Of a stretch of DNA of 64,000 bases, positions 48,465 through 63,500 are shown one piece after another. The number at the start of each line of letters is the position of its first letter. The first letter of the stretch is position 1. The translations under genes were made by a program, and so were the position numbers. Under the pieces are notes generated by a model. The model had not been told where the DNA came from. It did not search any database and was given only the letters and a program-made list of their open reading frames with translations. The DNA is from Daphnia carinata (taxonomy: Eukaryota): assembly GCF_022539665.2 (NCBI RefSeq), contig NC_081332.1:1860001-1924000 (forward strand). The letters are read 5' to 3'.

Positions 48465-50601
48465 ATGCTCAACAAGTTTAAAAACGCATTCTTCTCCGTG
48501 GTGAATAATTTGGACACAACGTCACCAGACAAAAATAATGATATAGGTCCTAATGGTGAACCAAAATTACCCTTAAAATTTCCGTACTCCAGACCACACT
48601 TCCTGCAGCTCAACGGTGAAGATGAGATCCAGGTGGCTGGAGATCACGCTATCAGACCCATCATTGTTCCAAGAGACATTACGAAAATCCCCTGGAATTC
48701 TGGTTATGCAGAGTCAGTTTAAACAATACAATATGTTTGTATAGAACTATTTTTTTTTTTCTAATTTTCCCTTTCGTGTCACTCTTTACAACAGGGCTGT
48801 CAATGCCGGCAAGTCCTTAAGGAATGAAGACCAGGCAAGAATCCATGTGGGCTACCTGGAAAGAAGACATTCCGACAACGGTCACTCAGCTGAAACTACT
48901 GAATTTCACACACCTCCCTCAACACCAGAGAAAGATTCCACTACACAGAGACCACCAAGGCAAAGGATACCTTATGTTTATTTTGCTCTTTTTGATGGGC
49001 ATGCAGGAACTGGTGCTGCAATTTCTGCATCCAACGAACTTCATTGCATTATTCACGTAAACATCTTGCCAGCCCAAATAGCTTTAACAGGGAAAAGAAC
49101 CTCACATCTAATCTTCCCGTCTTTGTTTTTCACAGGATAAATTAATGGATGTGATTCATCATTTGCTACCTCCTACGGACACAGGCGAGTGTGTCCAGAA
49201 TGGGCGCAATCAAGTTCTGTGGTTTCCCGAAAGAGAGATTAGCGTGGAAAGTTTCATTGTAGGAGCATTGGAAGCGACGTTCCACGAAATGGTAACACTT
49301 CGTAGCATCCCCCATAAGTTCTTGCAGATATCGCTCTTCAACCTGATCCCTCTTTCCCTTTTCCTTCATTAGGACAACTTGATCGCTGAAGACCGATTCA
49401 CATATCGCGTGACGGGCGGATGTACGGTAGTAGTTTCGCTTTTCATCTGTGGCAAACTATTTGTGTCCAATGCCGGAGACTCGAGAGCCGTTCTCTGCCG
49501 TGGTCGGAAAGCTTTTCCATTATCTAACGACTTCACTCCTGAAACGGAACGTCAGAGAATCCGCAAATTGGCCGCATTGCAGCCAGAGTTACTTGGTGGT
49601 GAGTACACGGCGCTGGATTTTTCCCGGCGTCCGAATCGACGGGATATCGGTCAGCGGTTACTGTACCGCGAACCACACATGACCGGCTGGGCTTACAAGA
49701 CAGTTACACCAGAAGACCTCAAGTTTCCAGTCGTATACGGAGAAGGCAAACGTAGCCGAGTCCTTGCCACCATCGGAGTAACGCGAGGCTTCGGCGACCA
49801 CGATTTACGTGCCCCTAATTCCAATATCCTCATCAAGCCTTTCCTTTCGTCACAACCAGAGGTTATTTTCTTTTTATATCTTTCTTGTCTTTAGAATCTC
49901 AGCTGACCCCTTTTTAAAATTGCACTTGTGTTCAGGTTCGCATTGTGGACATCGAAAAGGAAGCCATTTACGAGACGGATGTGTTGGTGATGGGCACCGA
50001 CGGTCTGTGGGACGTGACGAGCAACGAACGCGTTGCCGAAACGGTCCAGCGCAGTTTGGAGCAGTTCCCCATCGAGGACAGTGCAAGGTATCGATACCGC
50101 TTCACTTCGGCTGCGCAGGATCTGGTAATGAGCTCTCGGGGTAAACTGAACGAGCGTAGTTGGCGAACGGCTGACGGTAAATCGGCCACTATCGACGACA
50201 TTTCCGTCTTTGTCATCCCATTGGCAGCCTACAAGGAAGAATACTTACGCTGGAAATTTGAAATGGAATCTCAGGCCCTGCGCCCGGAGACGAAGGCGGC
50301 GGACGTTCCGGTCAGTGAACCGGCCGCATCTTTGCCGACGGTCAGCGTGGGCAACCAGCCGGGTCGAATGACCGAGCTCGCCAATACGAACGGTACACCG
50401 GCTGTAAATGAAACTGCCCTATCGGACCCGTCCCTCGACGCGGTCAATGTCGAAAAGGGCGAGGGCATCGTCGCCGTGGAAGACGAAGCTGCCGTCCTCA
50501 CCACTGCCGACAGCGCGCCACCTCTGACCGAGGCTGTTGATCCCCTGAAAATTCCCGCCGACGGAGCGTCTGACCTAGAAAATAACGAGTCAAATTCGTA
50601 A
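48465..50601 (+). CDS. PPM1H: PP2C-family phosphatase, PPM1H/J/M-like
   Basis: LKFPYSRPHFL, PWNSGYAEAVNAGKS..NEDQA, FDGHAG, NAGDSRA, RVLATIGVTRGFGDHDL, TDGLWDV, DDISVFVIPL; five exons. Confidence 0.93.
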
Positions 50602-53600
50602 GAACTATGGAGAGCGTCGTGCATTGTTGTTGTTTATGTACCGTCTTTACGTGGGTTGGAACTTCGGCCGCTAGATGGCATTGGCAGGGTCCATACAAAA
50701 AAGGAAGGGAAAAGGCGATGCACGTTTCTTCCTTTTTGTGTTTCCCCCCTCTATGGCGAAAAAAAAAATAATGATAATTTCCGATCGCCTTAAAATTTTT
50801 CATTATTATTATTCACTTATTTCTTATCCATTCCTTTTTGTTTTTGTTTCCACGTTGTTGTTTTTTTTAATGCCTGAAAAGAAATAACGTGCTCAATAGG
50901 GAACGTTTGGCGGTAGGCATCTTCGACAGCGAGGGAACGGTGTTTGTGTGGTCACTATTAGCAAGGGTAAAATTTGATTGAATTCAAACTCATTGTATAC
51001 TATCTGGATAGGAAAAAAAGTAAAAAAAATGTGGTTTGTCAAATGCACCTAATAATCCCTATTGTTATACTCCCCTTCCCCCATCTCCTCAATGTCTATC
51101 TCTATTACGGAAACTGTAAAACAAAACACATTCATACAACTGTGAGAAAGACGACAAAAAAAAAAAACAAACAAAATTAATAATTAATACAAAATACGAT
51201 ACCGCCGCTTGAAAATGAATACCAGCTACTTGATTTTCTTTTTTATTTGATAAAAATGTCCCTAATATAAAAAAATATGACCCCTATCAGTGGTCGACTC
51301 GTCTTTTTTTTTTTATAAGAGGACCCTTTTTTCTTTTCAAAGAAAACGAGTCGCTTCCCCCCCCCCCCCTCGTATTCCCGAGAATCCTCTTTGGCTAGGC
51401 CTGTCGTGTCTATAAGATTTGGTAATCAAGAAGAATCGTATCCGGGAATGCCCCTCCTCTCAAGGGTGGGTAAAAAAAAAAATGTATAAGTTTCGATTCC
51501 AAGTTATCGTTAGATTTTTTTTCAATGCCTCTCTGTCTCTCTCTATTTTTTTTTTTTTTATTTGTATGTGTGGGGTAGAGAGAGCCTATTCTATTGTACG
51601 TCCCGCATCAAAGAAAATGATCCGGCATAGAAAAAAAGTACGGGGGGTTCGTTTTTTTTTTTTCTTTCCCGTCATTGCGGAGGAAGAGCCGAGGGAGTTT
51701 CCCACGTCACATTCGGCGTTTCCCTTAAAAAAAAAAAAATGAAACTTCCCGAGTTTTGCGCGCCTATACAAAAAAAAAAAAAATTCACCTCTTGTTTTTT
51801 TTTTTTTTGGAATGGGGGGTATGTTCCAGTGTGACGTAAAAAAATAAAGAACTGGACACAAAAAAATGCGCGTCCCCCTTTTTTCTCACGTTCCATCAGA
51901 TCTTTTTTTTTTTTTTTTTTTATACATACGGAGGTATTTGTATTTTTTTGTGTATGAGATATACATTGCCATAGCATCGGGCTGATTATACCTGAACAGT
52001 GCGTTACACTGTTACGTGTGTTTCACACCGTTAAGCTGATATGATAGGAAAAAAAAAATGGTAGCGCGATTGAAATAACGGCCATTGGCTCGATGTAATT
52101 TCAGAGGCATATAGAAAGAAAAAATCGGATTTCCAATGATGAAATTCCTTTATTTTTTATTTTTTTTTTATAGATTCGATGTGTGTGTGTGTCCTGGTGG
52201 TAATAAAGAGCGTACCCAATTTTTTCCTGAGGAAAAGAAAAAGGAAGGAGAAAAACCGCAGATATTATTAATTTGAATTTCAAAAGAATATCATCCGCTT
52301 TTTTTCATCTTGTGAACTGGTTAAAAAGAAGAAAAAAGAAATAATACTTTGATGAATTCAAGTTGAATACGAGTCACGGTCCAAAAAAGAAAATGATGCC
52401 CTTCCATTTTCTTAATTTCTTTTTCCCCATTTTTTCAGTTCAAAAAATTCAGGGGGATCTGTTTCCAATGAAACCATTTTCTTTCTTTCTATCCCTCCTG
52501 AAAAATTCTTTTTTTGCACTTGAGCGACTCACGTCGGCCGATTGAAGGGGAAACAAGAAACTTCTTGAATAGAAAAAGATATAAAATAAAACTTAAAAAA
52601 AAAAAAGAAGATTCAAATTTCTTATAGCGCGTTCAACGCAAGAGGGCATTTCGTTCATTAACTATTGAATAGAAGCGCCTATTTCGCTGACTAATGGTCG
52701 GCCTTGGATGCAGTCTTTAAAAAAAAAAAAGTTCGACAATAAATACACAAGCCAGGGGAAAATTCATTTTCAAAGACCATCCCTACACACAAAAAAAATT
52801 GTTAGAAAACCTCAAGACTCTGAGCTTTTGTTATTGTTACGCTCTGTTAATCTAATGACTCGACTTGGCATGTAATTTCTTTTACCTTTAATTGTTGCCT
52901 ATAATTTTTTCTCGTCTGCAACTTAACAAACCACTTGAAATTGATTCGTATTTTACGTGAAATTAGACATTTTTGAGATATACGGTATAACGGTCAAAAG
53001 AGTTGGCGCGCCAGTACGTCATAGCGCAAAGGTGCAAAAGGACAATATTCAACATATTTCAACAACAACTTACATTATACCACAACATCAATAAAAATCG
53101 CCACTTAAATTAACAGATCACGGGATGCGGCAAAAATTACAACAAAGGCCAACCCACATTCCCCTTACAAAAAAAAAAATGAAAACAAAGTTGCATCCAT
53201 CTAGTGGCCAGATCGTATCGATCCCATTGTCCCCGCGCGTTTTTCTCAGAAAGGCAACAGCCGCACGCACTGCGCATTCATTTATTATAAATGTCGAATT
53301 GAAATTCAGCCTACATTCCCAGAAATATTTTTGAAATTTCGACATAAAAAAAAAAAAAGATGGCCGTTTTGCGGAGCATTGACGTCAGATGATGATGAAC
53401 GAGATCGCACCCTATGAATCATTTTCGGGACAAAAGAAATAAACGTTTGACTTCGATATCGCCTTTTTCTAGCCACACACACACATTCCGCGCGATTTCT
53501 TCGATCCGATTGATGGCCGTTATTTCAATAGCCAGCGTCAAAGTAAGAGGTTTTGATTCTTCAGCCTATAGACGATGAGCTTTGCTTACATCACACATCA

Positions 53601-56600
53601 GTTGACCATAGTTTTTTAAATGCGGGGACGGGCAGATGTGTGTTTTCATCCTAATAACACACGTGATGAGTGAGTATATAGACCCTACAAAGAACAGAGA
53701 TACACTTCGCACGTACTCTGACGTGCATGCGCGTCTATGCTTTAAATGTACATAACACACAACTGTGTACAATAAAACAGAGATGGGATTTTTTTCTGGA
53801 ACGAAAAAAAAAAAAAAAGAAGGGGGTTATCAGTCTCGTCCAATCCTCGTATACATAAAATAAATGCGATGGGCCACATGAAAAAAAAAAAAAAAATCAA
53901 AGGATTTTTTTTTTATCATCATTATTCCAATCTGACAATATACTCATTGATGAGGAAATCTACGAAATCCAGCTATACACACACACACATTCGGCCTGGT
54001 GGTAAATACAAAGAAGAGCACCCCCTCGGGCTATTCATTTTTTTTTTTTTTTTTTTTTTGATCTGGTAAAAAAAAAAATAAATGCTTCTCCCCCCCTTTT
54101 TGAGAATGGAAAAGAGGGGGGTTACGCAATAGATGGATAAAAAAAAAAGCAAGGCTTGCACACCCTCTCGATCTTAGGGGTTGATTGAAACCGCTTTTTT
54201 TTTTATATACCCTCGCCTCGAGATCTAGCCGTTCCACAGAGGTGGAAGTTGAAGGCCTGCCCATCATGCCGCGCCCTAGATCCCTCACTCTTTATTTTTT
54301 TTTTTTTATTCCCATGATGATGAATCCAGCTCTCTCTCTCCGACATGTAAGCCTTTATATATATATATATATATATGAATATAATGCCCGTACATTTTAT
54401 AAAGGGGGGGAAACAGAAATTCCACCCCCCACGCACCAACTATTTTTTTTTTTTATTCGGATTGCAACCTTAGGATGTTAAAAAAAAAAATATTTCTAAC
54501 CCTCACAACCCGTCATGTATTACGCGCATCGAATAAAAGGGGTGTTTACATCAACAGCAGCTGCCCGAAAAAAAAAAAAATTGTGCACAAACTCTTACAT
54601 GTTCCTCCCAAAAAAAAATAATTTTTTTTTGTTGGCCTCTCGGATTGTATATCATAATTCCCTTCCCCTCATTTTTTTCATGGAAAATTATATAGTCTCA
54701 AAAAAAAAAAAAAAGAATAATAATAATAACGTACAGTCAAAATCAAACAGTGTGTCATCCGTTCGCAGGTTTGTTTAATTATAGATCCATCGATCCATAA
54801 CATTTAGAAAAAAACAACACCCTGGTTACGACGTGTTTTTACATCATGCAACATTTAAAACATAACCCATTTTTTGTTTTTTAATATATATTTTTTTCTT
54901 TTGATACTTTGCTCGGAGCTTTCATCGAGCGCCTTTCAATCATTTTGGCAGGGTCTCCTGTTTAATGGAGAGGGGCAAAAAGGGCCCCCAAGACGGGATT
55001 TATTATGTAAGGCACAAGCAAACCATCTGTTGTGTTTGCCAATGTCCGCAGCATCAGCATCAGCTGTTACATTCATATCGTACAATTACGGTACGCACAA
55101 CAAGAGACGTTCATCGTAGCAAAACAAAGTTCAAATTGAAACAAATTTTTGATTGTTTTCAATTATCATCTTCTATCAAATGAAATGAATGAAAAAAAAA
55201 AGGGTTTCGACGTCAATTCGGATAAATGCCGCGACCTCCATAAAATACGAACAATATGCAAAAAAAAAAAAAGCGGGTTTACGTCAAACACGGCGTATAT
55301 ACGCGTGTAAATAATGAACGATGGCCTCTAAATAATGTACTTGTTTTACATGTGCGCATTATTAAAAGCGAACGTTATATCCCCCCTGTATATATATATA
55401 TATATATAAAGGTAGTATAAATAACTAGGGTATTGAAGATAGAAAAAAAAATAAGGGGGCTGGGTAAAGGGGGGTTTTGGGGGTGTGTGGAGGATAAAAA
55501 AGAAATGTTAGGCAGAGGAAGAAGGGGGGGGGGATATATATATATATATATACAGACATATCAACGGGGTCGAGCTACAACCAATTAAATCGCTCCGCTC
55601 GCCATCTTGCCACCTTTTGTCATCGGCCTGCTGATTGGTTCAACGTGAGCTCCGCCCAGGCGTCGCCGGGTGGAGCTCTGTCTCCTCCCACCGCCGCATG
55701 CGATGCCTGTGTTAGATTGCACGTCAAAAGAAAAACGACGGTCATTGATTCCCCTTATGCATGCGCGTCATCTTTTTTTTTTGAATCGCGAGTTAAGGTT
55801 CACCTACCGGGCCAAATTGAATATGCAAAAATTGCGATTTTCCTAGCGACAAATTTTCCTTATTTATTTTTTTTTTATTTCTTGTTTTGAATTTTGATGA
55901 GTTCGTCATTTTGTTAGCCAATCGCATTACTTCTCGAATAATGAATTTTTTAGCGTCTAAACCGCATACAAAGATCACCCTATTCTAATGACCAACCAAT
56001 TCTAAATTTCAGCTGTAAAATTGAACGGAAATAAAAAAAAACAAAAAAACAAATGAACATCGACAGACAGAAGGTCATCATCATTTTGAAGAAACAAAAA
56101 ATTGCCGTGTATATTAAACAAAAAACAACACACATTGTTTGCTGTTACCTCAGAATCTGGCCGGTTCGCTTTTGCTGGCAGAAGTGGGCGTTGCCCTCAG
56201 GGAGAAAGAGACACACACACACACACACAACAAGAAGAAAAAAAAAAAAAAGAGGAAGAAAAGGGAGGGATGAAAGGTTTGGGAGGAGTTGGTGGGTTCC
56301 GTGACCGGCGCGGCAACAGTTGCGTCTGCGATCGTGTCGTGAGCGGATGGCGGCGTTCTATACGCGCCCTAAAAAATCCCTTTAAATAAAAATTGTAAAG
56401 AAAAATAGAAAATGGGGAAATCATTAAATACCCTTCCCCTTAATTGCGCACCTAGTAACACAGCGGTTCATTTACAATTTTGGTTCCTGGATAGAAACCA
56501 ATCGTGAATTGTATTGTTTGTTTTTCCCCGAGTTTCTTCGATTCGTTTTCCGGGGGTAAGTGATGGCCAAATTGAAAAAAAAAAAAAATAAAGTAAAATA

Positions 56601-57500
56601 AAATAAAATTATGGAATTATTTCATTAGTTTAACTTAACTCAATATTTTTTCAGCGGTAGGGGAATAAGGGGATAAGACTAAGTGTTTTTCTAACTTGCG
56701 AAGGCGCATTTGGATTAATTTATTCCACTTTTCAATGATGGATCGTTTTGTGTTGCGGTTGCCAAAAACCCCGTCATGGAATTTCGACTGAAAAAAAAAA
56801 AATATTGAAATTTCTTACCGTTTTATTTTTTTTTTTCTATTTGACACACAACATCTTATTATTTTTTAAAAAATTTTAATTAAATGGCCGGCTCTTTGTC
56901 ATTATTAGTCGTTACAGGATAAAGAGATCCGCTTTTATTTGGTTTGAATTCCCCCTTCTTTTTTTTTTTTTTGACGCCCTCCCACCCCGCTCTTCTTTTC
57001 TTAGAATAGACGACGTTCGTTTCTATTTTACCGGTTTTAATAATTAGCGAGATTGAAGTTTAGATTTTTTCAGAAATTACATTTCCATTCCGAGGACATT
57101 CTTACGAAGCAGAGCAATTTTTTTGAGGGGAATGAAAGAGGCTAATTATTTTCGATATATGCCGAGCTGGTGGTTAAAAAGGACATACGGGGCAATTTTT
57201 TTTTCATCATCATCAGATCCGCTAGTTTTTATTATTCCTATTTTCCAGCTTGTTAAAGAAATTAAAAAAAAGAAAAGAAAAAGAGGACGATGAAAAGAGA
57301 ATTAGCTCGATATGACGTCTGCTCAATTCATGTGGGCCTCTAGGCCTCCAACCCCCTCCCTTCCTTACATCAAATAGGCCTATTAAAGGAAATCATTTTT
57401 TTTTATGTATAGGCCCAATAAAAAAAAAAGAGAAGAAAATAGGGAGAGAAATAAACAAGAAAAAAAAAAATTATTGAAATGAATTTCTAATGGCTTAGAT

Positions 57501-57536
<36 letters not shown>

Positions 57537-60500
57537 AGGGGGGTAAACATTTTTCAAAAATTTCTGTATGTAAGACGGTCGTCGCGGTTCTGAATGCAAT
57601 CAACCATCCGGAAATGAGAAACAATAATTTAGAAAGTTTTTCTTTTTTTTTTTCTATTTTTGGAAAAGAATAAAAAATAAAAATAAAAATGGCTTCTTGG
57701 CGCACTAACTGCCGACGCCTCGAGCTATACACCTCGACGTTAATTGCCGTTACAGCACCATACCTTTTTCTTTTTTTTTTCATCCTTTTTTATTTTTATC
57801 ATAATCATCAAACCTTGAAAAAGAAGAAGAAAAAAAAACTCAATTGCATTCCATGACCATTTTGAAGAGGACTCCCTCTTTCGTTATTTTCAAAAGATGG
57901 TCTTTAATGAGGTGTGGAAAATAGTGTATAATTTCTTTTTCTAAAAAAAAAAAAAAAAAAAAAATGTCACTTTATTTTATTTTTATTAAAAAAAAAAAAA
58001 ATATTTCGTTATTTGACGGTTTTGATTTTGATTTGTTATCAAAACTTGGTTGCGCGGAAAGGCAATCGAGCCGGTTAGATTCCGACGGCGGATATTGCAT
58101 CACGCTATAACTAGATGTAGAAAGACGCACACAACGTCATTGTTGATAGAACACATCCGCTTCTACATATATACTCCCCCCCCCCCATCCCCGCGCTCAA
58201 TTTATTAATAATAATATTGATTGTATAGATATATCCCTTTTCGATTTTTGGAAATCGAATTTTCAAACACAATCGATCGTTTATTTCCGCCCGAGTGACG
58301 TCACAACGTCTTATTACAAATGGACTTCGAAGAAAAGGGGGAATTTTGGGATTGGGACGGGCGTTTGCATACTAAAAAAAAAACAAACAGTGAAAAGACC
58401 TTGAGACATTTCACCTGTGCTGCTGCACGAATCTTGAAAAAACCCCGACCCACCTCTCTGTTCGCCTAACTCGTCCTATTTAACATCTAACACACGTGAT
58501 GTAGAGTTTAGATGGTAATGACTTGATACACAATCACGAACGACAACGTGTTTTTGAGGCCGTCTTTTTGCTTCGATAACGACCAACGTTTAAAAAACAC
58601 AAGCCTAAACATTCAATCTATCAATTCTCCTCATCTTTGTAATATTTAATTATTTATCTTCTTCTTTCAAAAACAAAAATTCGAATGTATGCACGAAGAG
58701 CGTCACAAGGGCGCATGTGTGCTGGGGGTCGTGCGGCACATTGTTTAGTTTAAAAAATAAAAAATAAAAATTCATTTCTATTTTTGAACTGGAGAGAACA
58801 GTTGGGGGCGGGAAAGATATTAAGTGGGCAAGGAAGAAAAGAAAAAATGGAGTATATATACACACACACACACACCGTGTGTGTAGAACAGAAAGGCGCG
58901 GTGACGCAAGACTCCCGCTGATATTTTTTATTTTTTTTTTTCCCAAAAAGATTCTTATTTTTATTTTGAATTTTATTGTTGGCAGGCATGTACAGATTAT
59001 AGAGAGAAGACTTGTCGAGTTTATTGGGATCGATTCAGTTTATTATAAAAAAAAGAAATAATAATCAGTGGGAATTATTAAAGGAAAGAGCCTAACAGCA
59101 CACGGCGCTGTCTTAAAGTGATTGAGTTCCAGGGCAATAAAAGTTAATTGGGCATTTTTTTGTGTTACAAAAAAAAAAAAAAAAGGAAGACCTCGCACCG
59201 GTATAACAATAGTTGCACAACACAACAGAGGGCCCCCACGCTGAGGATGGAACTTCTTCTTATACCTACGGTCCTTTTCCTTTTTGAGGAAGGGCCCCCT
59301 CGTCCTCGCGTCTTCTATCCCTCCTACACACCACCACACGGTTATACAACAGGTGTCGATGGTGTCAAGTTACGCCCCTCCTGTTCTCCTCCTTTTTATT
59401 CACCTTGTCTTCCCTTTTTTTTTTTCTTGTTATCTTCCCCAACGAGAAAATAAGAAAAGAAAATGACTATAATTTTTCATGGTGCGAACATCTATTCTCT
59501 TATTCTATTGTTGTAATTATATTTCCACAAAAAAAAAACACCAGTTGCTCGCAGTTATATTGCCCATCAATTTTTATTTTTTTTTTCTTTAAAAAAAAAC
59601 GTAGTTAATTAAAAAATAAAAATGAAATTGGAAAAAATACGGTTGCCATGGCAACGTCGCGTAGGCCTATCGCAGCAAAGGATATCCACTTCGCTTGTGC
59701 CAATCGATTCAACCTGCAGCTCGAGTTGCAATCAAACGATAGAAACGAGTAATTTCGGAAAAAAAAAAAACGTGATGCTTTCAAGAAAAACGCAGCTTGA
59801 ATCCGATTTTTCACGCGTGAGATGACGTCAGCAGCCTCCCGCAGAGAGGAGAAAGGCAGCCCCCAAAAAGAAGCCTTTTCGCGCCCTCTGACCCCCACTT
59901 TTTGTTAGCCTCTAAAAAATTACGTTCCAACACTAGAGAACTTTGAAGTGTCTACTTAGTACAAGAAAGACTGTAGCAACACACATACATTTCTTCGCTG
60001 CATTTCCTTTTTTCTTTTCTTACGAACGGTTAGGCCAAATCAAATGAATATGTTTTTTCTTTCACATATTTTTCTGTCTGGTCACGATGTTTTCACACAG
60101 CTCCGTTTGGGGCCCCCTTGATGACGAGATGCTTTTTCCTTTAGCTGCTGTTGAAGCATCTTCTTCTTCTTCTTTCTGTACAAAAAAAAAAAAATATGAT
60201 GGTTTTTGTGTAGAGATGGCCATCCAGCTGGCCCAACAGCAGCACCAGCACTTGACCGTTTTCTTTTATAACGAGACGTTTGAAAGAAAAAGGAGGGGGG
60301 GGGGGGGCGAGAGAGGGAAACGGCCAAGTTTTTCTTGCTGTAACATACACACACAGGGCTTGTTACGTCTTTTCAAATTTCTCTAGACGTATAGAGTATA
60401 TGTATAAGAAATCAAATATTAGACAGCACTTATTATCTATGAAAATAGTGCCGACTCATTTTAGCCCAACAGCTTTCTAGCGAGCTCGTGTAAACACACA

Positions 60501-63500
60501 AAAGATTTTTTCCTGTCCTATAGGCTTAACACACATTTAAGGTTTCGTCATCGTTTTTCAGTTTTATTCGGGGAAGGAGGGGATAAGGCATCATTTTTTT
60601 TATTGTACCGTTTCTAAATGATTCTCCTTTAATTTTATGGGACTATTTATTTGTGGTTTTATTTTGATTTGATAATTACGTATAAAGACACGCTGTTTGC
60701 CGACAGCAGTATCTGAATTGATGTCTGTTTGAATCAAGACGTTTTTCTAATATCAAAATAAGAAGAGACTCTGAAATTGATTGAAACGAATCACGAGCCT
60801 CAGCGAACTCGTGAAAAGAGGTGCTGGGTCTTGGGCGGGCGTGGTCTCGTAAAATAAATCAATACTTTTGGGCTTCTCCCTGTTAAAATTCTATACGTTT
60901 CAGCGTCTGATGCCAAAACGGAACAGCCCTCGCACATTTACATTTAAAAAAGAACTCCGGCAAAAAGAAATGAAAAACATTTTTGAACAACAACTCCCGA
61001 AAACCTTCCCGACCAGAGTTTTTGAAATGATTGAAGCAAATAGTTAAGTTGAATTTAATTTCGTGAGGATGTTTAGAGTAGAAAATCAGCAGCCCTGAAC
61101 CTTTAAGAAAAAAAAAAAAAACAAGAAAAAGAAAAGTTTGAATGGCGTATCGCGTTTTCTTATCTTAAATCAAACTAATCTATTGAAACTGCGCTCTAGT
61201 TTCGATTCTTATTTGTTTGCCACTATCGCCCACTTCTATCGCCGACATTACAGTTTAAAACGCGTTCAAATGTGAAACAGACGCAACTGCTAGGTGCTGA
61301 AAAGAACAGAGAGCGTCACGGTCCCAGCAATGATCTATGCGGCCCAGAAAAGCGGAACGTTGGCGTCTGCGACACTAACGCCATCTATTGCCGCTTTCAA
61401 ATTATTTCTTTTTTTTTTTTATATTGTCTGTAAAATCGAAAGATCTTAGAATGTAAGAAAACAACATTTGAATGCGTCCTAGAACACAATCGTGTTGATG
61501 TCGAATGATTTTGCTTTCGGAACGTGTAAGATCCTAATCGCCGGCGAAGAGATGGGTAGATCCCCAACACAAAAACAACTGTCGAGAGGTCTAGAATCAA
61601 ACCATTCGCTCTTTGAAACAACAGTGATAATGGAGTTTTCTTATTTTTTGTTTTGTTTTGTTTTATCTTTGTGTTTAAACTATCGATCGATGACGTCAGC
61701 AACAAACAAGGGCCAAACAAAAATAATGTATAAGAAAAAAAAAGAAAAGAGAAACGCAGCGAAACTGGATCCATCGGCTTGACGGAGCTCGACGGCGATT
61801 TTCTCAAATGTTGACATTAACTGAGGCTGTCGAGTCAACAAAAACCTTTTTTTTCTTTTTATTTACTAGGAGGGTTAAGATTGAATTTCTCCCCACCATA
61901 ACCGACGGCCTAATTCGTTTAACTTTGATTCCATTTAAATGCAGCACTTCTACGAAAAGCAATCAAAAGAAAAACTTGGATACAATTGGATGATGATGGA
62001 ACTGCAGTGCCATGAACACTTGAACCATTCGAAGAAATGTAAATCGCAATAATAAAAAAAAAAAGGATTTTTGGATTTCATCCACTTCCGTAAATGGATA
62101 CGAAATTCAATTAGCACGCCACGTAAGTATATAACATTTCTTTCCTTTTTTTTTTTCTAAACATACAATTTAATGCATATCCTTTATATTTGCCGCATAC
62201 CAAACACACACGTCTATTATAAGGGTGGTGGGCGGAGGGATTTTCAGCGTTAAAAAAAAGATGGGCGGGGTCTTTTTTTTTGGTGAGGGGGGGTGGGTGG
62301 ACGGCGCCGACGCCATCGCCCGTTATTATACCACAACACACATTTTCCCTTATACCGACCTGCCCTCGCCCTGCATATTATAGTTTATAGGCGAGCACCT
62401 AAACATAACAGAAGATGAAAAACTTCGTTTCTTTCTTTTAAAAGTACAAAAAATAAATGTGCATTTTTTTTCTTTCGTTGCGTCATCGTCCAGCCGTTCA
62501 ATAGTTTCGCCTTTTTGATCGATGGATGTTTCACCACCAACCGTCTACATAACATTGTGCTTTTATTTATCTTCAAATATTACCACGTGCAAATGTCCTG
62601 GGCGATCTCCAACTGCACGGATGGCCGCCTTTTGAGCGATGGATGATGGATCATTTTCCACGACTTTTGGATCCCAGGTTTTTTCTGATTTCTTTTCAAG
62701 TCTTCCGTTTTTAGAGCTAACTGTCGTGCTGCGTTTTCAAACATCATGGCTCCCAATGTTTTTGATTGTTGCTCAGAAAGCCGTGCCGTTTCGCTATTGT
62801 TTGGGCTTGAACGCCGCATAACATACAGACTGGCTTTCGAGAAATAATCAGAATCACAAAAGAGCGACGAATCGACGCTACTGCAGCAGCACGCAGTGAC
62901 GCAACAACATGTCTCAGACGCTTAACGTATTACGTTATGCCCAATTTGAAACATTTCATGGGTGCCGTATTATGTTCGTCATGTCTTACAGAGATTCTTT
63001 AAAAAAGAAATTATTACGTGCCATGTTGACCACGGATCGAACGCCCCCTATGGCTTAGGTTCATCAGAACACTGGAAAATCCCAGTTTTTCGGAACGATA
63101 TCGGAAGACAACTCTGTATACAATCTTCGTATTTGTTTTTTTCGGTCAATATCAGTGTGCGTTGATTGACTTATTGACACTTATGGAAGTGCCTGCCTTA
63201 TCTGTTTGTTTGCGTTACAGTCTCTCACTCTCCGTCTGTTGCCCAATCAGCCCATTAGGTATTTAGGCCATATTCCAAATGTCAAGTCTGGTCCAGGTAT
63301 TTCCAGTACACGAGGACTTAAAAGTAGAGGCTTCGCCCTTTTCCCTTTCGAAAACATCTTTAAAGATTAATACTTGCTCAAATGCAAATGAATGTTTTTC
63401 CGCATCGTCGGGTAATGTACGGTGTAATTATCTGCTGTGGCCAGGTGAAATGCGCGCCGTGGGTTGGAATTGATTATGAATTTTTTAAAAGATAGGAAAA

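Noticed and set aside
50675..62576. Numerous short Phe/Lys-rich ORFs
   Set aside because: Products of poly-T and poly-A runs with no coding signature.
62580..62819. 79-aa minus-strand ORF as a coding exon
   Set aside because: No recognisable motif and no partner exons; it cannot be supported without expression data.
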